Of a DNA stretch of 64,000 nt, positions 53,870 to 62,658 are shown piece by piece. A program made the position numbers and the translations under genes. Every line of letters starts with the position of its first letter. Positions within the stretch are counted from its first letter, which is position 1. The notes beneath the pieces were generated by a model. That model had not been told where the DNA came from, searched no databases, and saw nothing but the letters and a program-made list of their open reading frames with translations. Source of the DNA: Candidatus Methylomirabilota bacterium (GTDB lineage: Bacteria; Methylomirabilota; Methylomirabilia; Rokubacteriales; CSP1-6); assembly GCA_035281625.1 (NCBI GenBank), contig DATEDO010000219.1:3952-67951 (forward strand), read 5' to 3'.

Positions 53870-55480
53870 CTAGGCCTTCGGGGCCTTCTTCGAGGCCTCG
53901 TAGGCGTCGCGGTAGCCGCGGGCGATGGCGCGCACGCCGCGTCCGATGTCGTCGTACACGTCGTCGCCGAGATTGGCGAGGGAGACGCGCAGGGACCAGT
54001 CCGGCGCCTCGAAGCCGCCGCCGTTCAAGAGCACGATCCCGTGGGTCTCGGCGAGCCGGAACGCGAGGTCCAGGGGATGGACGTTCTTCTTGAGATAAGC
54101 GACCGCATCCTCGCCGATGTTCTTCCGGGCCCAGAACTCGAAATCGATGAGCCCGTAGTAGGCATTGAACAGCGGGTTGGGGGCGACCTCCAGGCCCAGC
54201 CCGTCGAGGAGCGCGCGGGCCCGTCGGTGCACGATCTCCATGCAGGCCTTCTGATAGCGCTTCTCCGCGTCCATCAGCTCGGACAGGGAGAACATCGTCA
54301 TCATGACCTGCTGCGGGAGCGAGAGGCCGGCCGTGTGGTTCAGGCCGACGTCGCGGCTGTCCGCCACGATGCGATCGATGAACTTGATCTTCCTCGGCTC
54401 GAGGGTGAGCGCGCCGTAGCGCTTGTCGAGCGCCTTCAGCGTGTCGCCGGTGTGCTTGGCGATCATCGTGTCGTAGATGTTGTCCTCGTGCAGCGCGATG
54501 ACGCCCAGCCGCCAGCCCGTGCAGCCGAAATACTTCGAGTAGGAGTAGACGCCGAGAGTGTTCTGCGGCAGCTCGCCCAGCAGTGACCGGAAGCCGGGCA
54601 CGAAGGTCCCGTACACGTCGTCGGTGAGGAGCATGAGGTCGGGGCGCTTGGTCTTCACCAGCGTCGCGATCTTGCCGATGGACTCCTTGCTGAGCGCCAC
54701 CCCGGTGGGATTGCCGGGATTGACGAGGAAGAAGGCCTTGACCTTCGGGTCCTCGAGCTTCTTCAGCTCCGCGTCGGTGGGCTGGAAGCGGTTCTCCTGC
54801 GGCGAGGCGATATTGACCACGTTCAGCGCGTAGTCCTCGAGGTGCGTCATCTCGAGGTACGGCGTGAAGATGGGCGTGCCGAGGGCGATGGTGTCGCCCG
54901 GCAGGAGCAGGCGATTGGCCTTGAGCGACTTGAACAGGTAGCACATCGCCGCGGTGCCGCCTTCCACCGCGTAGAGGTCGAACTTTCCGGGGGGCCGCGG
55001 ATTGCCGCACACCGCCCACTGGATGTACTCGTGCACGATGCGCTCGTTGTGCACGAGCATCCGGTCGGGCACGGGGTAGTTGTCGCCGATGATGGAGTCC
55101 ACGATCTCGTGGACGAAGGCGTCCGGCTCGAACTTGAACTCCTTCACCGCGAACGGAACCATCTTCTTGAGGAAGTCCGCGCCGAGCATGTCGGAGTGCT
55201 TCGCGAGCCAGGCGTCCAGGCGCCCCGCGATGCCCTGGGCCGCGGGCATGCCTCCGACCCCCGCGGGATGCTCCATCACGCGCCGGCTCTCGGTCAACGC
55301 GAACTGGCCCAGCAGGAAGAACGCGTCGCGCGGGTCGGTGGCGATCCAGTTCGGGTTGCCGCGGCCCGCGTTGAGGAAGGGAGTCTGCGTGGTCCTGGAC
55401 GTCTTCTTGGCGAGCTTCGCCAGCTCGTCCTTGATCTCGAACGGCCCCATCTTGTCGAACTGCGTCAGGTCGATGGCCAT
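53870..55480 (-). CDS. asdA: Aspartate 4-decarboxylase (L-aspartate beta-decarboxylase, aminotransferase fold-I)
   Basis: 536 aa from the ATG at 55478-55480, with AGGAG 7 nt upstream. It aligns along its full length with characterized AsdA: FEIKDELAKLA, LNAGRGNPNW, YAVEGGTAAMCYLF, the PLP-Lys region YSYSKYFGCTGWRLG, and RIVADSRDVGLNHTAGLSLPQQ. Confidence 0.85.
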   Translation of the reverse strand: MAIDLTQFDKMGPFEIKDELAKLAKKTSRTTQTPFLNAGRGNPNWIATDPRDAFFLLGQFALTESRRVMEHPAGVGGMPAAQGIAGRLDAWLAKHSDMLGADFLKKMVPFAVKEFKFEPDAFVHEIVDSIIGDNYPVPDRMLVHNERIVHEYIQWAVCGNPRPPGKFDLYAVEGGTAAMCYLFKSLKANRLLLPGDTIALGTPIFTPYLEMTHLEDYALNVVNIASPQENRFQPTDAELKKLEDPKVKAFFLVNPGNPTGVALSKESIGKIATLVKTKRPDLMLLTDDVYGTFVPGFRSLLGELPQNTLGVYSYSKYFGCTGWRLGVIALHEDNIYDTMIAKHTGDTLKALDKRYGALTLEPRKIKFIDRIVADSRDVGLNHTAGLSLPQQVMMTMFSLSELMDAEKRYQKACMEIVHRRARALLDGLGLEVAPNPLFNAYYGLIDFEFWARKNIGEDAVAYLKKNVHPLDLAFRLAETHGIVLLNGGGFEAPDWSLRVSLANLGDDVYDDIGRGVRAIARGYRDAYEASKKAPKA

Positions 55481-55512
55481 GGTGTTCTCCTGAGTGGCGT
55501 GATGGCTCGTCG

Positions 55513-57207
55513 TCACGACAAGAGCATGATGAGGACCATGCCCCAGATCGTGAGCAGCGTGTTGCCGACCGCATAGGTGACGGTATAGCCCAGGGCGGGA
55601 ATCTGGCTTTGCGCCCGGTCGCAGACGAGACCGAGGGACGCCGTGGTCGTGCGCGCGCCGGACAGGATGCCGAGGAGGATGGCGTCGTGGAAGCGGAAGA
55701 TGTACTTGCCGACGAAGAGCCCGAGGATCAACGGCACGGTGGTGGCGACCGCGCCCCAGAGGAAGAGGCCGATGCCCTGGGTCTTCAACCCATCGACGAA
55801 GCCGGGGCCCGCCGAGATGCCGACGATCGCGATGAAGATGTTGAGGCCCACGGAGTTCATGAACCAGACGGTCTGGGACGGAATGCGCCCGAAGAACGGC
55901 TTGGTCGAGCGCAGCCAGCCGAAGACGAGGCCGGCGATGAGCGCGCCGCCCGCGGTCGAGAGCGTCAGGGGCACGCCCGCCACCTTGAGCACCAGCGCCC
56001 CGACCAGCGCGCCGAGCGTGACGGCGACGCCGACGAACGCCATGTCGGCCACGTCGGACGGCCGGTCGGGCACGCCGATCACCTTGGCGGCGGCGGACGT
56101 GTCCTGGGTGCGGCCGACCAGGGTGAGGATGTCCCCACGGTAGATCTTGGTATTGGGCAGGATCGGGATGGACGTCGCGACGGCGCCGCGGACGATCTTC
56201 GACAGGAACACGCTGCGCGCCACGGGCAGCGTGGCCAGCTCGGCGAGGGTCTTGCCGTCGACCTCCTTGCTCGTCACGTAGACGTCCACGCCCTCGACCG
56301 GGACGTTCAGCAGCTCGGGGTCGTCCACCTCCTGCGCGGCCTCGCCGATCACCTTCACGAGGACCTCTCGCGCCCCGGCGACGGCGACGATGTCGCCTTC
56401 GCGGATCACGGTGTCGGCCGCCGCATCCTCGATGGTCCCGTTGGTCCGGCGGATGCGCTCGACGAAGACGCGGGCATCCGGCACCATGGCTTCCGCCTCG
56501 ACGGCGCGGAGGCCGATGGCCTTGCCGCCCGGCCGTACCTTGAACGCCCGCAGCTCCCACTTGTGCCACGCCGACCCGGCGCCACCCATGGCGGCGGTGC
56601 CGCCCTGCATCCTCTCGTACTCCTTGCAGGCGGCGACGAGGTCCATGCGAACGAGGGCGGGACAGACGAGGGCGATCACGATGGCCGAGCCCACCGTACC
56701 GAACATGTAGGTCACGGCGTAGGCGATGGGCATGTTGTCGAGCAGGCCCTTCACCTGGTCGGGGGGGAGGCCGAGCCGGTTGATGGCGTCGGTGGAGAGC
56801 CCCATCGCCGCGGAGATGGTCTGGGAGCCGGAGTAGAGGCCCGCGGCATACCCCAGGTCATAACCCGCCGCCTTGGCGATGGCGACGGGAACCAGCAGGC
56901 TGAACACGCACTGAACCACGGAGAAGATCGCCTGCGGCAGGCCGTCCTTCGCCACCCCTCTGACGAACTGGGGGCCCACCCCGTAGCCCACCGCGAAGAG
57001 GAACATGAGGAAGGCGAAGGCCTTCAGCGGCTGATTGATGGTGATCCCGAGCTGGCCGATGATGACGCCGGCGAGTAGGGTCGCGGTCACCGAGCCGAGG
57101 CCGATGCCCTTGAAGGTGAACTTGCCGAAGTAGTAGCCGAGACCGATGGCGAGGAAGATCGCGATCTCGGGGTACTGACGGAATGTCGCGGCGAACCACT
57201 CAAGCAT
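55513..57207 (-). CDS. aspT: Aspartate:alanine antiporter-type AAEx transporter
   Basis: 564 aa. The AspT/YidE family N-terminus is [41 protein letters not shown]. It sits immediately upstream of asdA, and its start overlaps the decarboxylase stop by 8 nt. Confidence 0.75.
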   Translation of the reverse strand: MLEWFAATFRQYPEIAIFLAIGLGYYFGKFTFKGIGLGSVTATLLAGVIIGQLGITINQPLKAFAFLMFLFAVGYGVGPQFVRGVAKDGLPQAIFSVVQCVFSLLVPVAIAKAAGYDLGYAAGLYSGSQTISAAMGLSTDAINRLGLPPDQVKGLLDNMPIAYAVTYMFGTVGSAIVIALVCPALVRMDLVAACKEYERMQGGTAAMGGAGSAWHKWELRAFKVRPGGKAIGLRAVEAEAMVPDARVFVERIRRTNGTIEDAAADTVIREGDIVAVAGAREVLVKVIGEAAQEVDDPELLNVPVEGVDVYVTSKEVDGKTLAELATLPVARSVFLSKIVRGAVATSIPILPNTKIYRGDILTLVGRTQDTSAAAKVIGVPDRPSDVADMAFVGVAVTLGALVGALVLKVAGVPLTLSTAGGALIAGLVFGWLRSTKPFFGRIPSQTVWFMNSVGLNIFIAIVGISAGPGFVDGLKTQGIGLFLWGAVATTVPLILGLFVGKYIFRFHDAILLGILSGARTTTASLGLVCDRAQSQIPALGYTVTYAVGNTLLTIWGMVLIMLLS

Positions 57208-59974
57208 GGTTCCCTCCGTTCTTCTTCCGGGCGGCGAGCACGTCCGGCTTCAGGAGCTTGAGCCCCTGTGAGGCCTGGTAGCCGTGGATCTCCTTCACGT
57301 CCAGCTTCCGCATGAACGTGATGGTCTCCCCGGTGATCACCTGGCCGGGGACCATGATGGGGAAGCCCGGGGGGTAGGGGATCACGAAGTTGGCGGACAC
57401 CATCTCGGGCCCACTCTTCAGCCGCTTGTCGATGTCCGGGCTGGCGAGCTTCACGAACTCGCAGTTGGCCTCGTCGTAGGCCATGAAGAAGGCCGGACGC
57501 ACGTGGCCCTCGTTGCTCGCGCCCTTCGGGTTGTCGCGGAACGCGTCCTGGAAGCGGCTGAAGTTCGGCAGGTCGGGCACGTCGGTCATGAGCGACTTCA
57601 CCCGCGCCGCGAAGGTGGCCTGCTCCGCGGGGCCGCCCTGAGCCAGGCGCTGCTCGATCTCGCGCGAGAGGTCGGCCAGCACCTTGATGAGAAGGGCGGC
57701 GTCGCTCCGCGTGTTGTTGATGTTGGTCTGGACGAGGATGCTGTTGCGCGAGGTCTTGTTGATCTGGATGTCGAAGCGCTCCGCCAGCATGCCCTTGAAC
57801 TGGGTGCCGTCGAAGCCGGCCGAGCCGCAGATGATGGTGAGGCGCGTGGGGTCGAGGGCGAACTCGTCTTCGTCCCAGGCTTCGATGGCCTGCCGCCAGG
57901 TGGAGTGGGGCGGCCCGTAGTCCTTGATGCCGGAGGCGCGGAACTCCGCCGGCACCATCTCCTCGGGCGTGGCCACGTGGAAGTACTTGGAGATGAGCGG
58001 GTGGGTGTTGATCTCGCGTCGGAGGCGCAGGGCGAGCTCGGTCATCTTCATCGTGAGCTCGTACCCCTCCAGCTCCATCTGGCGCCGCGCCACGTCGAGG
58101 GAGGCGATGATCTGGAGATTCGGCGAGGTGGAGGTGTGGGTGAGGAACGCCTCCTGGAACGGCCCCTCCACGTGGTGGAAGTCCTCGTCCCAGACGAGGA
58201 TCATCGAGCCCTGCCGGAGCGCGGACATCGACTTGTGGGTGGAGTGGGTCTGATAGACGCGGATGCGCGCCTTGTCCGGGTCGGGCAGGAGGTGCGTGTC
58301 GAGGAGCGAGCGGTCATTGGGATCGAGCGTCCCGTGCTTCGCGGCGAACGCCTTGTAGCGCTCGCGGTAGGCGGGGTCGCGATAGCGCGCCGTGAGCGTG
58401 GCGGCGGCGCCCATGGCGGTGCGCCGCCGATGGAAGGCGTTGAAGCGAGCGAAGCCGAACCACGCCTCGTCCCAGAGGAAGATGAGGTCCGGCTTGATGG
58501 CCAGGCATTCCTCCATCACCCGGGTGGGGTTGTACATGTGGCCGTCGAAGGTGCAGTTGGTGAGGTCCACCGCCCGCACGCGCGAAAGGGTGCCCTCGGC
58601 CTTGCAGGCGAGGAGCGCCGCCTTGATGGTCCTGAGCGGCACCGCGCCGTACATCGAGTACTGCGTCAGCGGGTAGGCCTCGACGTAGTAGGGTTGGGCA
58701 CCCGCCAGCACGAAGCCGTAGTGGTGCGACTTGTGGCAGTTGCGGTCGACGATCACGATGTCGCCGGGCCGGCACACCGCCTGCACCACGATCTTGTTCG
58801 AGGTCGAGGTGCCGTTGGTGGCGAGATACGCGCGCTTGGCGCCGAAGGCGCGGGCGGCGAGATCCTGGGCCTTCTTGATGTTGCCGGTGGGCTCGAGCAG
58901 GCTGTCGAGGCCGCCGGTGGTGGCGGAGGACTCGGCCAGGAAGAGATTGGTCCCGTAGAACTGGGCCATGTCGCGGATCCAGTTCGAGCGGAATACGGAC
59001 TTGCCGCGCGCGATGGGGAGCGCGTGGAAGGTGCCGATGGGCCGCTGCGCGTACTTCTTCAAGTTGCTGAAGTAGGGCGTCTCGAAGCGGTCGCTCACGC
59101 CGTCGAGGATGGAGAGGTGGATCTCCATCAGCTCCTCGACCTGGTGGAAGACCCGCCGGATGGGCGCCACCTCGGCGCTGCCGGCCAGGTGCTCGACGGC
59201 GCGGTCGGTGAGGAGGTAGAGGTCCAGCTCCGGACGGTAGCCCTTGATGGCTCGCGCGAGGGCGCCGGCGAGGGCGCCCGGCTCGATGCTCGCGGGGTCC
59301 ACGCGGAGGTTCCGCAGGAGGGTATCGCGCAGCGCCGGCATCTCGTGGCGGGAGCGGAACTGGAACCCGTCGTAGATCACCACGGCCTGCACATTGGTGT
59401 TGAACATGGCGCCGATCGCCGCGTCCTCGAAGCTGCCGACCTGCACGACCTCGTAGACGAAGGAGTCTTCCGGACGGCGCAGCCGGCGCAGATCGGCGCG
59501 GGACCGCTCCCAGCGGCTCGGGTCGTTGGGCGTGACGATGAGGACCTCGAAGTAGGGCTTGTGCCCGTTGCCCGGCTGTACGTCGGGGGGCAGCACGTCC
59601 GCCACCCGGCTCTCTCCTTCCTCGAGCGGGTCCCACGCCTTGGTGTCATGACGGTAGGCGCCGGTGACCAGGGCCGTCGAGATCTTGCCCACGAGCCGGG
59701 CGAACACGGCGGCGTTCCGCTCCTTGAGCGCCTCCGCCACCGTCCCCATGAGGTGGGGGCCGGGGTAGGCCCAGTAGTCCTCCAGCGCGGACAGCTCGGT
59801 GAGCAGCCGGGAGGCGTCCGGGTGCGCGGACTCCGCCGATGATCCGCGCGATACCGCCGCTTCCCACGCTCGGCCGATGGCGCCGAGCTCGCGCCAGCGG
59901 TCGATCCGCGCCTCCGCCGCCGAGAAGAAATCCTGAAAATCCTGCGCCTTGCGCTCGCCTTCCGCCTTGGCCAT
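57200..59974 (-). CDS. Orn/Lys/Arg decarboxylase family (biodegradative-type, fold-I PLP decarboxylase) with extended N-terminus
   Basis: 924 aa from the ATG at 59972-59974, with GGAGG upstream. It aligns with AdiA/CadA-type enzymes: [33 protein letters not shown], the PLP-Lys in [16 protein letters not shown], and [18 protein letters not shown]. It is about 170 aa longer at the N-terminus than AdiA. Confidence 0.85.
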   Translation of the reverse strand: MAKAEGERKAQDFQDFFSAAEARIDRWRELGAIGRAWEAAVSRGSSAESAHPDASRLLTELSALEDYWAYPGPHLMGTVAEALKERNAAVFARLVGKISTALVTGAYRHDTKAWDPLEEGESRVADVLPPDVQPGNGHKPYFEVLIVTPNDPSRWERSRADLRRLRRPEDSFVYEVVQVGSFEDAAIGAMFNTNVQAVVIYDGFQFRSRHEMPALRDTLLRNLRVDPASIEPGALAGALARAIKGYRPELDLYLLTDRAVEHLAGSAEVAPIRRVFHQVEELMEIHLSILDGVSDRFETPYFSNLKKYAQRPIGTFHALPIARGKSVFRSNWIRDMAQFYGTNLFLAESSATTGGLDSLLEPTGNIKKAQDLAARAFGAKRAYLATNGTSTSNKIVVQAVCRPGDIVIVDRNCHKSHHYGFVLAGAQPYYVEAYPLTQYSMYGAVPLRTIKAALLACKAEGTLSRVRAVDLTNCTFDGHMYNPTRVMEECLAIKPDLIFLWDEAWFGFARFNAFHRRRTAMGAAATLTARYRDPAYRERYKAFAAKHGTLDPNDRSLLDTHLLPDPDKARIRVYQTHSTHKSMSALRQGSMILVWDEDFHHVEGPFQEAFLTHTSTSPNLQIIASLDVARRQMELEGYELTMKMTELALRLRREINTHPLISKYFHVATPEEMVPAEFRASGIKDYGPPHSTWRQAIEAWDEDEFALDPTRLTIICGSAGFDGTQFKGMLAERFDIQINKTSRNSILVQTNINNTRSDAALLIKVLADLSREIEQRLAQGGPAEQATFAARVKSLMTDVPDLPNFSRFQDAFRDNPKGASNEGHVRPAFFMAYDEANCEFVKLASPDIDKRLKSGPEMVSANFVIPYPPGFPIMVPGQVITGETITFMRKLDVKEIHGYQASQGLKLLKPDVLAARKKNGGNHA

Positions 59975-60008
59975 GGCTAGATAACCTCCCCGGCTTCCCA
60001 ACACGAGA

Positions 60009-61340
60009 TCACAGAAGATCTCGCTCCCAGTTGATGATGAAGCGCACCTGATACCCGGTGGCGCGCGCGTCTTGCCGATCGAGAATCGCGCCGCGCGCCC
60101 GGAACCACAGCCCCTGCAGGAAGGCCGGCCACTTGAAGGGCGGCCGGTAGTCGACGGTGAGATCGTATTCGCCCTGGTCCGGCGCCGGCCTCCCGTTCGA
60201 CGGGTTGATGGCGTCCTTGCCCCACGCCATGTTCATGGTGGCGCTGAGCCCCTTCGTGAGCACGCTCGAGAAGTCGTAGGCCGCGCCGATCAGGAACGCC
60301 TTCTCGTTGGCGCGGTCGAAGTCCTGGTCGATCAGGGAGAGATAGGACGGAGAGCTGCCCCAGGGCTTCTGGATGTTGTTCCCCTTCGCGGTGAGGGTGA
60401 ACGCGCCGGTCAGGGTGAGATCGCCGATGACGAGCTGCGCCCGACCGCCGCCGTGCTGCGTCGCCCAGTGCCGGCCGTCGATCGTGGGACCCAGCAGGGC
60501 ATCCCCCACTCCCCGCTGATCCGTGAACTGGGCGCCGAGGCGCATCTTCATCGCCTGGTTCAGCGGGATCTCGTAGGCCACCTCGGTGTAGAAGGTGTTG
60601 ATGGTGTCGACGCCGTAGGAGTCGTTGATGTCGACCCGGAGCCCCGGGAGGGGGGTGAGGCGGACGCCGCCGAACCCGGCGCCCTCGTTGGTGTCCCGCG
60701 CCCCCGCCTGCTCGGACATGCTGATGAACTCATCCGCGTTCCGCGGCTTGATCTTCCAGAGAAAGCCGCCGAGATACTCCACCCACGCCACCTTGCCTCC
60801 CACGGTCACCCCCTGGAAGGTATTGGGCGTCATGCGGTTGTCGGCGGGGTTGATGTAGCCCTGGTTCACCTGCTGGCGGTAGCCTTTGACGATGACGTAG
60901 TCCTCGTACTTCAGCGCGCCCCAGGCCTCGCCCGGCACGTAGTAGCTTTCCTGACTGGGCTTGAGAAGGAGGGTGCCGTCGCGGTCCTCCGGCCCGTAGA
61001 GCTTCAGCGAGCCGTAGAGCGTGGCGCCCATCGCGAAGGTGTCCGCGAGCCAGCCCGACTGATACGTGATCCACCCGCCGGTGGCGAGCGCTTCGTTCTT
61101 CGAATCGTCGGTGTTGTTACGGTTGAAGTAGTAGATGCGGAAATGCACCTTGAGATCGGTGTCTTTGATGAACTTCGGCAGGGCGCTGGCCTGCAGCGCC
61201 TGCTGCAGGGGGTCGAAGAGCCGCTCGATCGGAGCCTCGTGGTGGGGTGGCGGCGGCGGCGCGTCCTCCGCGGACGCGAGGCCGGGCCACAGCGCGAGGG
61301 CCATCCCTGCCAACGCAATCACGGACCGTCTCATCGGCAA
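60009..61340 (-). CDS. OprD-family outer-membrane porin
   Basis: 443 aa. The signal peptide is MPMRRSVIALAGMALALWPGLASA. It has the OprD-like beta-barrel pattern with alternating aromatic/Gly strands and a C-terminal aromatic (…FIINWERDLL). GGGAGGG lies upstream of the ATG at 61340. Confidence 0.7.
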   Translation of the reverse strand: MPMRRSVIALAGMALALWPGLASAEDAPPPPPHHEAPIERLFDPLQQALQASALPKFIKDTDLKVHFRIYYFNRNNTDDSKNEALATGGWITYQSGWLADTFAMGATLYGSLKLYGPEDRDGTLLLKPSQESYYVPGEAWGALKYEDYVIVKGYRQQVNQGYINPADNRMTPNTFQGVTVGGKVAWVEYLGGFLWKIKPRNADEFISMSEQAGARDTNEGAGFGGVRLTPLPGLRVDINDSYGVDTINTFYTEVAYEIPLNQAMKMRLGAQFTDQRGVGDALLGPTIDGRHWATQHGGGRAQLVIGDLTLTGAFTLTAKGNNIQKPWGSSPSYLSLIDQDFDRANEKAFLIGAAYDFSSVLTKGLSATMNMAWGKDAINPSNGRPAPDQGEYDLTVDYRPPFKWPAFLQGLWFRARGAILDRQDARATGYQVRFIINWERDLL

Positions 61341-61473
61341 ACTCCCTCCCCAGTGCGACGACGTCTTGCGTGCGGGGAGAATCTACCCTCGGCCCGACGC
61401 ACCCCTCCATGGGACGAAGGTCCCATGGGGTTGGGACGGAGGCGGGCTTCGTCGCGGGGGCGGCGCGATCGGC

Positions 61474-62658
61474 CTACAGCACGACCTGGAGGAGGCGCTG
61501 CATGAGCTCCTCCAGAGAAATCATGGTGAGGAGGAGCGGGGCCACGGGAAGGAGCGTGATCACCGCCAGCTGCACCACGGTCTGCCTGGTGAAGGGCACC
61601 ATGCTCATGCTGCGGATGACCTCGAAGCTATTGGCCAGGTCGGCCAGGGACTGGATGTCGGCGCTGCCGACCAGCGGCTCGGCCGGGGGCGTCCCGCGTA
61701 GCCACTTGGAGTCGAACTCCCGGACGTAGCGGCCGGCGAGGGTGCCGTACTCGCGCAGGCCCACGCGCCGCGCGGTGGCGAGGTGAGGCGTGAAGAAGAG
61801 CAGAGGCCCCACCACGATCAGGAGCAGGAAGAGGACCACCGCGGCCAGCTCCAGCTTGAAATCCGTCAAGACGGCGCTCTGAAAGAAGATCCGGTTGGCG
61901 AGGAAGCCCGAGAGGAGCACGCCGTGGGCGGCCAGGAGCGGTGCGAAGGCCACGGCGGTATTGGTGAGGAAGCCGAGCCCCCCGGCGCGGTCGGGATGGG
62001 TGGGCACGAGCTTCAAGCGGCACCGCGCGACCTTCGAGAGGAAGCGGATCCAGATGAAGATGCGGAAGTACCAGCGGAAGAGGAGGAATTGGAAGATCGG
62101 CACGCTCACATAGGCGAGCCACCATCCGGCGGGGGTGAGGCGGTAGCCGCCCTCGCCCGGCAGGGAATACCAGGTCGAGGCGTGCAGGATGGCGTAGTGG
62201 GGCCAGAGGAACACGATGCCCACGTACACGAAGGCGATGAGGAGCAGCTCCGCCACGATCGAGTTCCGCAGACGCAGGGCCGAGGCCACCGCCGCGTCGA
62301 AGCGCGCCCGGGACTCCTCCGCGATGAGGTCGCGCTCGAGGAATTGCCGGATCAGGTGCCGCATGCGCTGATGCACCACCAGCTCGGCGACGATGAGGAG
62401 CGGGACGGCCAGGAGCAGTCGCGTGTGCACCTCGACGTCCATGACGAACGGCACCTGCACCGCCGACCCCCACGCGCGTCCCGCCACGACCGACAGGAGG
62501 AAAGGGGGAAGCCAGGCGAAAAGCGCGATGACGACGATGCGGCGCCGCAGGTGCTCGAGCGCGTCACCGGAGAGGTGCGCGCGCCGGACGAGCTGATAGA
62601 GGGGCCCGCCCAGCACGAGCGAGAAATCGTAGGGATCCGACGCCTCCGCGGTGGTCAT
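61474..62658 (-). CDS. Hypothetical polytopic membrane protein (394 aa)
   Basis: The ATG at 62656-62658 overlaps the GH13 stop (ATGA). It has 8-10 hydrophobic helices rich in Trp, Phe and Arg. No family is recognized, and the ORF-track N-terminal 90 codons are rejected. Confidence 0.55.
   Translation of the reverse strand: MTTAEASDPYDFSLVLGGPLYQLVRRAHLSGDALEHLRRRIVVIALFAWLPPFLLSVVAGRAWGSAVQVPFVMDVEVHTRLLLAVPLLIVAELVVHQRMRHLIRQFLERDLIAEESRARFDAAVASALRLRNSIVAELLLIAFVYVGIVFLWPHYAILHASTWYSLPGEGGYRLTPAGWWLAYVSVPIFQFLLFRWYFRIFIWIRFLSKVARCRLKLVPTHPDRAGGLGFLTNTAVAFAPLLAAHGVLLSGFLANRIFFQSAVLTDFKLELAAVVLFLLLIVVGPLLFFTPHLATARRVGLREYGTLAGRYVREFDSKWLRGTPPAEPLVGSADIQSLADLANSFEVIRSMSMVPFTRQTVVQLAVITLLPVAPLLLTMISLEELMQRLLQVVL

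Noticed and set aside
53870-56569. 899-aa minus-strand ORF
   Set aside because: The genuine AsdA starts at the ATG at 55480 with AGGAG. The upstream 363 codons overlap aspT out of frame.
57284-59842. 852-aa plus-strand ORF
   Set aside because: It is antisense to the Orn/Lys/Arg decarboxylase gene.
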